64,000 bases of DNA, from NCBI GenBank assembly GCA_002104945.1, contig MCFH01000012.1:248001-312000 (forward strand), read 5' to 3'. Source of the DNA: Piromyces finnis finn (taxonomy: Eukaryota > Fungi > Neocallimastigomycota). How positions within the stretch are numbered: position 1 is the stretch's first letter; each line of letters starts with the position of its first letter. The notes beneath the pieces are model-generated. The model was not told the origin of the DNA. It ran no database searches and worked only from the letters and a program-made list of their open reading frames with translations. The translations under genes and the position numbers were made by a program. Positions 34,401-48,789 of this stretch are shown piece by piece.

Positions 34401-36137
34401 AAGGAATACGTTAAAGGAGTATATTTCCGAAAACTTAGAAAAAGGATTTATTAGACCGTCTACTTCACCTGCTGGAGCACCTGTGCTGTTCGTTAGGAAA
34501 AAGGATGGGACTTTAAGATTGTATGTTGACTACCGAAGACTCAATGAAAACACAATCAGGGATTCATATCCATTACCTCTCATATCTGAACTATTCGATA
34601 GGTTAAGAGAAGCAAAAGTCTTTACTAAACTTGATCTCAAGTCTGCTTATAATCTAGTTCGAATAAATGAGGGTGATGAATATAAAACTGCATTTAGGAC
34701 AAGATTTGGTCACTTTGAATATCTTGTCATGCCGTTTGGATTAAAGAACGCTCCTGCAACTTTCCAACATTTTATCAATGATGTTCTCGGAGAATATTTG
34801 GATGAATTCGCTTTTTCTTATATTGATGATATTCTTATCTATTCGAAAAACTTAGACGAACATCGAAAGCATGTAAAGAAGGTTCTTCAAAGATTAAAAG
34901 AAAACGGATTGTATGCAAAACTTAGTAAATGCGAATTTGAAACTTCAGAAACTACTTTCTTAGGGCATGTTATCTCAGATAAAGGAATCTCTATGGATCC
35001 AAAGAAGGTTAAAGCTATTATGGAATGGCCTGTACCAACATCTGTTAAAGAAGTGCAATCATTTATTGGATTATGTGATTATTATAGAAGATTTATTCCA
35101 AACTTTACTGGTATTGCTAAACCGTTACATAATCTAACAAAGAAAGATGTTAAATTTCATTGGTCAGAAGAATGTAATGAAGCTTTTTGTACTTTAAAGA
35201 AATTCTTTACCGAAGAACCAATTTTAATTCATGCCGATCCTGAATTACCTTTTGTGGTTGAGACAGACGTAAGTAATTTTGCAATCGGTGCTGTATTGTC
35301 TCAAAGGTTACAGAATAATAATGAGCTTCATCCAATTTGTTATTATTCAAGAGGATTGACTAAATCGGAAAAGAACTATCCAATCTATGATAAAGAACTT
35401 TTGGCTGTTATTGAAGCTTTGAAACAATGGAGACACTACTTAGAAGGAGCCAAGCATCAGTTTATGATCTATACGGATCATAAAAATCTTACCTTTCCTA
35501 GGAAGCCTGAACTATTGTCGCAAAGACAAATTCGCTGGAATTTGTTTTTGACCCGTTATGATTTCAAAATACAATATAGACCGGATAAAGAAGGTGGAAA
35601 ACCTGATGCTTTTTCAAGACGTCCTGATTATGAAGAAGATAAAAGTAATAAAGAAGACGAAGAAGCCTATTCTTGCTTGACAGTTAAAGAAATCGAAAAT
35701 ACTTTATTTCTTGTGTCTATTCAAGGGAATCTCAAAGAAGATTTAATTAAAGAAATTAAAGATGATGAAGAAATTAAGGAGTTAATAAATATTAGTTAAT
35801 AAATATTCTACAAGGAAAATCTACTGCAAGTAAGAAGTATAAGAAGTTAATGAAGAACTTTAAGTTAAGCGAAGAATGAATTCTTTTGTATAAAAGTTTA
35901 GTTTACGTACCAAAGAAAATGAGAGATACAATAATCTCAATGCATCATGACAATCCAATTCATGGTCATTTTGGTATTATTAAAACAAAAGAATTAATTA
36001 CAAGAAACTTTGTTTGGATAAACATGACTCAAGATATAGTTAAGTTTATTGATTCTTGTAAAGTTTGTGGAGCTGTTAAGGTTGATCGTCATAGACCTTA
36101 TGGACTTTTACAGCCACTACCAACTCCGGAAAGACCG
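31487..36137 (+). mobile_element. Truncated Ty3/Gypsy element 3 (relative of element 2): 5' LTR 31487-32257, gag-pol pseudogene ~32680-36137
   Basis: LTR homologous to the element-2 LTR. Self-priming PBS ATTTTCCAACT at 32258-32268, complementary to 31988-31998. Gag, CCHC, protease, RT, RNase H and integrase HHCC with stops/frameshifts; ends at PLPTPER. Confidence 0.9.
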
Positions 36138-36157
36138 CTACCACGGTCTTTCCGGAG

Positions 36158-37258
36158 TTTATCTAAATCTAACCCTATAACTTCTATATAATGTTCATTA
36201 CCTATAGCTTTCAATGTAACTTTAACAATATCTTTAGCTCTTGATAATACAACATTATTTAATACTTTGTTAATATCTTCATTATCTAAATTAACGAAAT
36301 GACTATCAAGTAAATAATATTTATCAAATTCTTCAAATTCAAAATTCTGTTCATTAAAATAATCTATTAGGAAATTACTTTCATTATCAAAATATTCATT
36401 AATACTGTTATTAATGCTGTTATTAATATCGTTATCAGAATTATAATTACTTTCTTCATTATTATTATCAGAATTATAATTATTTTCTTCATTATCATCA
36501 TTATTAATATGTTCATAAATTCCTGGTTTAAAAACACAAAGCATATCTGAATCAACTATATAATCAATTTTATGATCATCAAACCAATCAAGAATCTTTG
36601 AAGCTGGTTGAATAAATTCAATGTAAAGATCTTCAAGATTTAGAGATGATTCCCATGTAAACAATATATTATTGGTGTTTTCTAAATATTTAATTACAGA
36701 TTCGAAAATAGTTTTTGGATGAATTTTTAAATTAAATATAGAATGACGACAAAAATAAAAACGAAGTGTAAATCCATTATACACAACATTTAAAACATCA
36801 TTTAATATTCTGTATTCCATTTGATTTGCTATTTTCTTCTTAAATAAAATATCATAATTTGGTTTAAAATATGAATGAATTATACTATAATCCATTTTAT
36901 TATGGGTTAATTTATATAATTCTTTCAATTTATTATTATCATTTGTATTTAATTTGTGGAAATAACTTAATGCTGATTGTGTTACAGGTTCACCAACTGA
37001 TTGAGCTGCTAAAATACCAACATGAGTATTTTCTTTTATCATACGAGATTTGATTTTATCCACAATTATTTTAGCAAACTTATCACAATCAATTTCTTCT
37101 GCTTTGATTTTTTTCTTTAAATAATTTCTTACTTTATTATTTACTTGGTGAATATAAGGAGTCAATCTTTTATTTTCTTCAAAATTTTTAGAGATTTCGT
37201 TACATATATAATCAATATCCTCAACAGGAAAATATTGTATATTTTGAGATTCTTCCAT
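36158..37258 (-). pseudogene. Divergent RNA polymerase largest-subunit C-terminal half (A''/Rpb1 domain-5-like, trigger loop), 3'-truncated
   Basis: VGILAAQSVGEPVTQSALSYFH resembles the conserved VG..AAQSIGEP.TQMTLNTFH; EHYIEVIGLDL resembles E..L.T.G.NL. Has its own ATG ~80 codons upstream of the motif and no introns. Confidence 0.85.
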
Positions 37259-38289
37259 ACTTGAAATATTTATTTAAAATATATTTATATATTTATAAAA
37301 TATTTATAAAATATTTAGATGCAATATTTACTATAAATTTACAAAATATTTTTAAAGTATTATTAATTATCATTTTATAATTTAGTGTTTATTTTTATAT
37401 AATTATAAATTATACAATCTTTTTAAAAAGAATTTAAAAGAGAACATAATATTATTAAAAATTATTTTAATGTTTTAAAACTTTCAATACATATTTTATG
37501 ATTTCATACTAAATACATTTATTAATTAATATACATAATCTAAAAATAACCTTTATAAATTAATGATATTATAGCTATTTACATTAATACATATATATAT
37601 ATAGAATATTACTAGTAATATATATTATACATATTACAATGAATTATGCTTTTAATATAAATTTGTTAATTCTTTATAATAACGAAATTACATTATTGAA
37701 TTCCAATTTTAAAAATAATTATTTAAATAATAACAAAATATATAAATAAATATAAAATTTAAAAAAAAAATAATTTTATGCGATAGTACCTTATTAACTA
37801 AAAAATCATATAAATAGAATTATTTTTAAAAGATGAATAGATAGATTCATCTAAATTTCTTTTTAATAATAAATAAGATTTATTAAGAATAGTTGATTTT
37901 AATATTTCTATTTCTATGGATGCTTTACATGGATAATAATCTTCATTATTCCATATACTATAGATAATAACTTTTTTATTGTTTTCATTCATAATACTAT
38001 AATTATATGCAGTTATATTTTTAAATATTACATGTATTATAATTTTAATTAAATTAATAATAAAGTTTAAAATATTTGATACTGTTAAAAAAAGCAGTTA
38101 TATTTTTAATATTTTTACATAAAAAAGAAAATGATAGTAGTGTATTGTATAATTCATCATTATCTTTTATTATTGATTTATAGACTTACAAAAGGAAATT
38201 CCTTTTGATAGCTAAAAAAAAAACATAAGAATTATGTTTTATTTATAATGGTTTTTTATTAATTAATTTCTATTAAATAAAAATATTTG

Positions 38290-40750
38290 TTATTTATTAT
38301 AATTAATTTTTCTTATAATAATAACTCTTGAATTCTAAAGAATTTCAAGAGTGTTTATTTATATTTTTATTAAAAAATAAGGTTAAATAAATGAGTTCTA
38401 ATCTTAACAAATAAAATGTTTAGGAAAAGACTAGAAGAAAAACCTAAACAAGTTTTCAACCAATATTCTAATCATATTAGTCATCGTGTAAATTTTAAGT
38501 AAAACCAATTATTTGTAATAATAATCGGAAAAACCTTAAAATACCGATTTCCTAAAGTAAATCCGTGTTTAGATATAACAGGTAAACTAATTAGTAATAT
38601 ATAATTAAAGGGTAAAATTACGGATTCTTGTATATAAATATTATTTAAAAATCAAATGAACAAATTATTATTTAATTAAATAAATTATATAAATATATGA
38701 AATATATTTAACTAAATAAATTAAATAAAGTATATGAATGTATAATTTATACTTAACTATATAAATTAAATAAATAATTTAAGTGTATAAAATATTATTA
38801 ACTAAATTATAAAACTAATAATAAATATTAATTATTTAGATTGAAATAATTATTATTTCTTACACGACAATGATATAATTTGATAATAATCTTAATTTTG
38901 AATTTTACTTCAAAAAGTGATTATTATATTATATCTTTGATTATAACTATATAAGTTATATGGATTAGAATTTGAAATTATTTTTATAAAAATTAATAAA
39001 ATTGTTTTATTAAAACACTAAATTGTTTTATTAGAAACACTCGTTTTTCTAATATTTAATTATTTAAAAGTTTATTTATTTAATTATAAAAATGATTATT
39101 AAAATTAAAAAAATATTAACTAAACTATATAATATTTCTTTATTAATTATAATAATGATTAAAATAAGAATATTTACATGTATTTATATTTTCTTTTAAG
39201 TTTAAACTATTTACATTAAAATAATAAAATTAATAACTATTTACAATAAAAGTAATAAAAGTAATTAAAAATAACAATAAAAGAAACAATTAAAAGTTAA
39301 AGAATATAAAAAGTTGTTTATTTTACAATTAATTAAAGTAATAATTATTTTTAATATTTTAATAAAAGTGTTTAATTATATTATTTTATAACATGAATTA
39401 TTATATTTGTTTACTTTTAAAGTGTAATTTACTAACGAAGTTATTAAATATTTAATTTAACAATTAATTTAACAAGAGTTATATATTTTGATCTCGATTA
39501 ATTAAAGTTTATTATTTTCTTTCAATAATTAAAATATATGCAGTGTTAAGGATTAATTTTATTTTAGAATTTTGGTACAGTAATTAATTAAACTATAACT
39601 TATTTTAAGTTACTTTTAGGGTTAACTTAGAAATGTCAAAATCACAATTCATGAAATTTGACATTTCATGAAAATTCATAATTTTGAATTATTAGTTAAA
39701 TTAATTAAAAATTAAAATATTAATTTAATAGTATCTTACTAATAATAGTTTATTCAATATAAATATTAATTGGAAAGCTATTTATTATCCGGAGATAAAT
39801 AGTGTAACAATTAATTAATATTAAACAAACCAATTAGTAAAATAAGATTCATTTAAATAATTATTAATATTATTTTTAACAACTTATTAATATCGGTATT
39901 TAAAGAAAATTATATTATTATTATTATTATATTTTATTAATATTTATATTTATATTATTATACATGTATAACTTAAATTATATTATTATTATACTTTATT
40001 AATATCAACATTATATTAAAAATGAAGTATAAATAAGTTGAACAAAGAACAACTTTAAGAAGTTCTTTGTGAGATTATTATACTCATTTTTATATAGTAT
40101 ATTCAATATTTAAAATTGATAATTATCATTTATTTATATTATAAAAATTAAATAAAATAATTCTTAAAAAAAACTATATTTATTATTTTTTTATTTATAA
40201 AAATTTATTATTTACTATATAATTAAGCTTATCCTAACCTAGTAGACTTAATTATAACTCTAAATCCACTCAAACTCTTGACAAGAAATCAGGTTTAATA
40301 ATAATTTTATATTTATTAATTTCATTATTTATCAACATGTAAGAATAAATACTTATTATTTATTCTTAGTATTAAATATTATAAATAATTTATTTAGTTA
40401 ATAATCATTAATCCATTAAATTATATTAATATATTTATTTATTATTATATTTATTTGTTAAGTAAAACTACTAATTACATTAATAATATTATACAACTAT
40501 ATATTAGTATTAATAGGAAATCGGATATTAAGGTTTTACCCGTTATCAACGGTTTTACTTAATATTACGATGATTGGTATGATTAGAATATCAATTAAAT
40601 AACTTTTTAGGTTTTTCTTCTAGGCTTTTCCTAAAAAGATTTTTGTTAAGAAATTTTAATTTAATAAAATAAAACATATAAATAGTACTCTTGAGTTCGA
40701 TTTGAGAAATCAAGAGTTATTATTATAAGATTAATTATAATAAATAACTT
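38290..40750. repeat. Pair of diverged ~250-bp inverted repeats (~38290-38560 and ~40510-40750)
   Basis: For example TTTAGGAAAAGACTAGAAGAAAAACCTAAA versus the reverse complement of TTTAGGTTTTTCTTCTAGGCTTTTCCTAAA, and CTTATAATAATAACTCTTGA at both outer ends. Boundaries are approximate. Confidence 0.6.
39634..40283 (+). mobile_element. Solo LTR family B
   Basis: TGTCAA...TTGACA with TSD AGAAA. Confidence 0.9.
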
Positions 40751-42025
40751 TATACAAAATAATAAATAATAAAATAAATATTAAAAAACTATTAAATACA
40801 CAAAAATTCTGATACATTTGGTGTTTGTTTATTATAATTTCTTATAATAAACTCATTAAGTTAAGTTTCTAATTTTACTTTTATTTTTACATTTTAATAA
40901 TAATTTATATTATTAATTTGTGTCACGAATACTAGTGAAATCTACAATTTCAAGTGATCATGAAATTGTGAAATTACTTATAAAATTTTCAAAATCAATA
41001 ATATTTTATTTCCAAATAAATTATAAAATTATATTAAGAAATATTTAAAAAATTTAGAAAAGGTTAAGATATGACCTTAACCCTTAATAATTTTATAACA
41101 AATAACTTTAACCCTTATCGTCAAAATTAAATAAGGAAAAACACGCATATCTCCTTAACGAATGACGATTTTTGGAAAATTATGGCTAGGAGATTATGGG
41201 TTCGTTAGAAAGCCACGCTCGAGATAAACAACATATCTTAAAATCAGGTCAATATCTCTGCTGGTTCACGAGATATTCCAATTTAAAGATATTTTGTTAG
41301 TAATGATTAATTGTTTATTCAGAGAATGATCACCTCTGATGTATTGAACATAAATCATTCACCCAAAAGGATATAAATTATTGCTTTAATTAAATTAAAA
41401 TTATTTTCCGGAATTAATTAACTTTATTTTATAATAATTATTTCAATAACATATCTTATAATCTTTGAGTTAAAAGATTATAATTATTAATATTATTTCT
41501 TAATTCTAATATAATTCATTGAATATAATATTAATAATTATAATCTTTTAAGAAATGATTAATATTATAAATATATAAACAATAGCTACTCTTAATAATT
41601 AGTAATAAGTCTTAAGTTTAGCCTTAGTATTATAAAATATATTATGAATATAATCATGTATTAAAAAGTTATTTTATTATTAAATGTAAAATTACAATTA
41701 GTATAAATAGTTTAGAATAATTTTATGAATTAAATCTTTGTAAAGATTATTACCTTATTAATACTTAACAAGTATTACTATTAAATAATCTTATTATTAT
41801 ATATATTCTTTAAATAAAATAAAAAGAAATTATTTTAACCATAATACATAGTTTAATTATTCATTTATAAAACAATTAAGATTATTTTAATAAAACATTT
41901 TTCTAACCTAGTTATCTTTAATCTTTTATTTAATTTAATATTTTAATATTAAATTATAAGTTTAATAAAACTTTTACAATTTGAAGCTAATAATTATTAT
42001 TATAATAAATATAATATAATTATTA

Positions 42026-42450
42026 CACACTAGCTAGAAATAACTAAATTGTCTTAGTGATTAGTAGCTAAGACTGTGAGTCTGAATGACAATAATTCGA
42101 GACCTCATAGATACTATTTTAAAAATTATAATTTTATTTTATTTTTAAATTTTATTTTATATGAAGATTATTGATTGGCTAAGAATTTTAAGTTGAAAAA
42201 ATTTTATAAATTAATTTAAAAAATTTTAGTATAAATACGAGTGAATTTTCCCAAATATTTTAAAAAATCGAGATTTTATTAATAAATAATTATATTATTA
42301 AACACTAACTTATTAAGTTAAATTCTATGTATTTTTAATAATATTTTTATAAATTAATAATTTACAGGATATTTTAAAGTGTTAATATTACTAAGTTATT
42401 TAGTAAATATTATAATTTGTTTTTTATTGTTAAAGACACATTTCTTTACA
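42026..42450 (+). mobile_element. Diverged LTR of the element-1 family
   Basis: Colinear similarity to 589-1012, including the tRNA-like module and the ACACATTTCTTTACA end. Confidence 0.75.
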
Positions 42451-44142
42451 ATGAGTAATAGATATAGAATGTTAGACAACCGTATTGATGGAATAGCTGG
42501 AGTCAGTGACACAGTTTCTGAGGCGAGTTCCATGATGGATATTGAGGATGAGACTGGTAAAAGCGTTAACACCAGGGGAAGACTCATCCCAAAACCTCCA
42601 AGATTTTCAGGAAAAAGAAGTGAACTTCTTTACTTCCTGGCAAGATTGGAGTACTTCAAATATAACTTAGAAGAAGATGCTACTGACGCCTACAAGCTGG
42701 ATATCTTGGGATGCTACCTGGAAGGAACCGCCGCCGAATGGTTTGCCGACTTAGAGAAGAAAGCCCCCTATTGAATTCATATGAAGATTTTATTGAGGCA
42801 ATGAATGCTCGTTACAAAGCTTGCAACAGTGCCGATGTAACCAACAGTCGACTTGCAAAATTAAAGTCAAACCAATTCAAGAACGTCATGGACTACTGCG
42901 AAGAATTTGAAAAGATGGCTAGAGACTCGTCCTTTAATGATGAAGCGAAAATCCATTTCTTTATGGAAGGTTTACCAACTTCAGTCAAGGAAAAAACTAA
43001 GCTCTTTTACCCAAGAATTAGGAAGTTAACTGAGTTAATTAATGTCGTTGCTGCCAATGTAGAAGTAGAATGGAAAGTCTTTGGAAAGGATCCTATGGAT
43101 GTCGACGGAAAGAACCGAAAATATAACAGCGACTTAAGAATAAGGTACCTCTCTTATGGTGTAAAATATAGAAATTATGTAGACCAAGAAAGCCCTACCA
43201 TCTCATCTAAGCCTAGAAAATGTTTCTTCTGCAAAAAGATTGGACATATTGAGAAGGATTGTCCTCAACTTAAGGATAAGGCTATAAATAGACCAAAAGC
43301 GTTTATAGCTACTACTGCTGGAAGAAGAATGTTAAATAATTATGACATTCTATTACAAGTCAATAATGGTGTTAATCTTAAAGCTCTTGTGGATTCTGGT
43401 TTTGATTTATACTTTTTGGATTGGAAAGCTGTGGACAAGTACAAAATTCCATTCCAAAGGATGATGAAGGATAAGTTTGTTGAAGGTATAGGTGGTAATG
43501 GATTCTTGAAGTATGGAACAATTTCTTTAATCATGAACATCAAGAATCATAAAGAATCCATTCAATTCTACCTTACTGATCTTCCTTCTGGTATTTCTGT
43601 TATTCTTGGAAAGAACTGGTTGAGAAAGCATGATCCTACAATTAGCTTTAAGGATCAAACTTTTGAATTCAAATCCGAATTCTGTTCTTTGAATTGCTGT
43701 GCTACTCCAGAAGACATGAAAAGAAGAATCAAAGAAGAGGAATTGGCCAAAGAAGAAGAAAGAAGAAAGGAAAAGGAACTCGTACAGGAAATACTCAATA
43801 ATTATAAAAATAGTTTAAAAATTAGAGATAATAAAATTAAGAATAAGGAAAATAGAAAAATATTAGATATAAATAAAAATACATGTATTAAAAAGAAATG
43901 TAGTAAAAATTTAAAATTAAATAAAAAGAATGTTCAAAAGTATATTGTATGTAGTTTTCTTTCAAATGATGAAAATAGTGGTGAAGATGTTAAAGAAAGT
44001 GTTATAGAAATTCCAGATGTATATAAAGAATTTGAAAGTGTATTTGATGAAGTTGAGTGTAATGAACTACCTCAACATCAAATATACGATTGTAAAATAA
44101 GATTGAAAGATAAATACAACTTATTTTATGGTCCTTTATACC
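42451..44142 (+). pseudogene. Ty3/Gypsy gag-protease fragment (element 2/3 family)
   Basis: Close similarity to 32680-34380; CFFCKKIGHIEKDC; ALVDSG; cut by LTR-D. Confidence 0.88.
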
Positions 44143-44794
44143 TGTAAAGATTTAAAATATATCTTTAAATTATTTAATAATTAATTAATAATTATTAAAT
44201 AATAATTATGATATTTTAATAAAAATTAATTTTAAAATATCAAAGTTAGAAATGAAATTTGGATAAATATTCAAATTAAATCTTAAAAAGTTTTTATTTA
44301 ATTAAAATTAGTTTAATAACTTTAGCGTAGTTTTAAATTAGCATTTTTTAATAGCAAATATATAATAAATAGTATTATTAATATTTAATTAATATATAGT
44401 TAATACATGGACTATATTCAATTTGTAGTTTACTCAAATTGAATCAAAAGTGTATTGAATTAGTTTTAGCTTAGTTTTAATATTTTATTATTTAATTAAA
44501 TCAGTATTAAATTAGTTTTGTTTATTTTCTATTGAATATATGTATAATTAAATAAAATAGTATATTAAAATATATTTTACAAAAAATATAAATGCATGTA
44601 AAATTTCATAATTAAAACGATGTAATTGTTATTGACTATAATTTAGTTAACAACTAAATAAAACTAATAAAAGAGAAGTTTTAAAATATATTTCGTTATT
44701 TTTGTCTTTTTATATTTTTTTATTTTATTTTTTTGTGTTTTTGTTTTATTGAAAAATTTTATAATCTGTTTTAAATTTTTTTAAAACTTTTACA
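44143..44794 (+). mobile_element. LTR family D copy
   Basis: TGTAAAGAT...TTTTACA. No TSD. Confidence 0.8.
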
Positions 44795-47700
44795 AACTAT
44801 AACTATTTTTAGTAAAATACAATTGGCAATTCAAATTAAGTACTATTCAATTTGAATATGTGCCCATGTATTATTGATATATTAATCATTTAATAATTAT
44901 ATACTATATATCTATTTCTAATACAAAACAATACTATAACAAATAAATTAAATTTCTCAATTTAAACCCCTAGTTTAACATTAAAAATAAATTAATAATT
45001 TATTTTGTTTTAAACTTTAATTATAAATAAATTATGTCCCATTTTCTTTTTCTGTAATATAATTCGTGTAACTTAAACAATTATGTTTATGGCGTAAGTT
45101 ACATTAAAGATATCAATCTGTGGCGTTTGATATCTTTACACTCTTTTTATTATTATTACTATTTATCATTATTTTCATCGAGGTTAATCTCTGTAAAGAA
45201 AGGAATAATATTCTTTAAATGTATGTTCTTATCAGCTATTTCACCAGTTATAGGATCACATAACGTTACTGTGTTAAATTCCTTTTTTGCAATTTTCAAC
45301 GGTCCAGTGAAAAAGGGGTCCAATTTTCTTCTATTAAATACCTTAACTAAAATAAAATCACCAGATTTGTATTCTTTCCTCATTCTTCTAATCTGCTTTC
45401 TTCGTTCTTTCCATAATTTATTAGCAATTTCGATATTACAAATAGCTTCTTTAATCCATTTATTATGATAATGAATTTTCTTAGCCAGTATTCCTCCTCA
45501 GTTTCCATTTCTTTTCTCGATATTTAAAGACAATTCAAACCATTGTAAATCACGGCGGCCATATAATTATTCGAAACTACTATATTTAGTATTTTCATTT
45601 TTACAAGTACGTAATGTCCAAAGCGCATTATCCAATGTTTTATCCCATCTTTCTGAGCTTTCACTTAACAAACGGAGATGTTTTCCTATTTCCCTATTCC
45701 TATTTTTTACTTCTCCATTTGACGCTGGATGGTTATCATGTAGATCCAAAAAAGCTTTTATTTTGTCAGAAGTAAATTACAAACCATTGTCCGTAACTAA
45801 AATCTCAGGTTTCCATGTCTGTCAAATATTTTCTTTAGAAATTTTATCAAATCATCCGATTCTACGTTACTAGTGGTTCAACCTCAACCCATTTAGTTAG
45901 GTAGTCAACTAATAATATATTTATTATTGTTTTTGTAATAGGAAGTGGGCCAATTAAATCTAAACCAACTCTTGAAAACGGATATCCAGAAACAGTAGCT
46001 ATACATTCCGAGAATTTATTTAGTATTTGTGGTCGGCGGATTTTGCAACTATGACAATATCTAATAAAATTCTGAATATCTTGTTTCATATTTTTCCAAT
46101 AATAATATTTTTTAATCTATTGTAGATTTTATACATTCCTTCATGTCCTATTAAATGAGCTTTTAAAATTAATTTAAGTTGTAAATTAATATCCTCAATA
46201 ATTTTTCTTCTTAATATATCATTCCGTTTAAAATATTTAACGCCATTAATTGTAACTATTTTATTCTTTATAAAGTCACTAATAAAACTGTTAACATATT
46301 GATTATAATTTTCAATTAAATTATTGTTATCTATCAAAGCAATAAAGCAATGTTACTATAGGTTGCATTAATTACTTCATTAGTTTTATCATAATTATTA
46401 TTATTAGTGTTTAATCTAGATAAAGTGTCAGCCACGACATTCTTCCTCCCCTCTTCATATTGAACTTTCACATTAAAGATGCTTAATTCCGTGATTAATT
46501 TCAAATATCTGCTATTAATTGATTCTCTATTACTGAAATTCCAACCAAGGGCTTATGATCAGTGATAACAATCGTAGTGAATGAGATACTGTTAATAAAA
46601 GGTCTAAACTTACGAACACAATAGTATAGGTGCAATAGTAATCCGAGTTTTCAATTCATTAAATGCAGAGTTACAAGAATTAAAGAGAACATCTTTCTTC
46701 AAAAGTTCAAAAAGCAGTTTAGCCATCTTAGCAAAATTTTTAATAAATTTCTGATAATATTCAATGGCCCCTAGAAACGACTTTAGTTGAGTAACATTCT
46801 TTGTTGGTAGTCATTTAACTATAACCTTAAATGACTATAACCTTAATCTTATCTAGAATAGAAGAAATACCATGAGTTGAAAGCATATGTCCAAATAATT
46901 TTACTTCTAGTAAATTTTTTAATATAAATTTTTAAATTGTTATTATTTAGAATTTGAAAGATTTTAGATAAATGTTCGAGATGTGATTCATAGGAATCCG
47001 AAAATATAATTAATTCATCAATATATACGAACATACATTTACCAATCAGATCAAAAGGCATCACACGAAAGTTATAATTACCGAACATAGTTGTAAAGGT
47101 TGTTTTGTCTTTATCTTGAAGGTTCATCGGAATCTAATGATAGCCTGAAAAGATACCTTAAGTAATAAATATTTTAGCATTTTTACTTATAAAATGAATA
47201 TGAATCCTTAATAGTAACATTATTTAAACTTCCTATAATTCATACAAATTCGTCATTTATTATTTTAAGCTTGGTTATTTCTCTCTTTAGAGCCTCCATT
47301 TGGGATTTTGATAGCTTTTCGTTTAATCGAAAGTACATCAGGTTGAAGTTCGATTTTATGTTGTAATAATTTAGATTGCCCTAAATCATCTGTACTAATA
47401 GCAATTACTCTTATAAAATTAGAAAACAGTGTAGAAGCAGACTGTCACAATTCTTCTGTAATGGTATGATATTATTAGTCATTTCTATAAGGTATCAGTA
47501 ACTAAATTGATATCAAATATTTCTTTTTAGAGAAACTACTCCTATGAGAATATCAAATAAGTCGGTAAATATTTTATCCTGTAGAAACCTCAAGCTCATA
47601 AATTTCTGTAGTAATAGAAGAGTTGGAATAAGGTTGTAATATGGGATATCCTTCAAATAGTCGGTTTTTCAATTTTATATTTATTCAATGAAGAACGAGT

Positions 47701-48000
47701 GATAATGTTAACACTCGTACATGTATCTAAAAATATATATCTTCAATTCTACCTTCTATCTTTATAATTTTATTCTTACTAATAGCTGTTATTACATTAG
47801 TGATGATGTTCTTAGGCGTTAATTTAAGTGCTTTAATATATTCTGTCCTGAATTTTGAGAATAAATCCGAGTGATATACAAACTTAGTAATAACATCAGT
47901 TGAAGCCACCTCTTTTACCAAATCTTGAATACAATAGTTCTCAAATCCATCCATCAGGTTTATAAGTCGTTCTTTCTTTAATTTTTGGCTTTTTATATTT
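44795..48000 (-). mobile_element. Degenerate Ty3/Gypsy remnant with partial 3' LTR family E (44795-45140)
   Basis: Integrase pieces (VGLDLIGP, LVDYLTKWVE, NGEVKNRN), RT pieces (YIDEL) and a protease region. LTR-E starts TGTAAAGATATC at 45140 after a purine tract and matches 62509-62860. Confidence 0.75.
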
Positions 48001-48789
48001 TCAGAATTTTCTGTAATTAAATGATTTATAGTCTAACCTTTTCTTAATTATCTTTAATCCTTTCTGCTTTATTTTTTCTTTTTACATTTGTAATATTTTT
48101 TTCTGCAATGATGGAAGGGTCTAAGTTAATTTTATTATAAATATTATTTTCATATTTTATCTTGCTTCACACTGATTCTCCACAAATTTTGATACAAATT
48201 ATATATATATTACTCAAGTATTAATAAAAAAATGGATAATCAAGTTGGGAATTATAAAATAATATATTCTAATATGAATAACACAATAATAATGATAACC
48301 CAGTTTAAAATACAAAGTAAATAATTAGGTTTTGAGTTTCTGCTTTATTATATTAAATTTTTAGTTTTTTGTGCTATTTTTAATTACTCTTATTGCTTAT
48401 TATAAATAGTTATTAATTTATTATTTTATTGTAAATAGTTTAAATTTAAAAGAAAGTATAAATGCATATAAATATTCTTATTTCAATCATTATTATTATT
48501 AACAAGGAAAATATTAAATAGTTTAGTTAATATTATTATAATTTTAATAATCATTTTAATAATTTAATAAATGAAATTTTAAATATTTAAATATTAGAAA
48601 AACGAAAGTTTCTAATAAAACAATTCACTTTTTGAATAAAATTTCAAAATTAAGATTATTATAAAATTATATCAATGAACCTTCAAACCTGAGAATAAAA
48701 ACAAGGTAAATATAAAATTTTCTTTACATAAAATTTCATATAGAATAATAAAATATTCTATGAAATTAATTTAATCATATGACATGTAC

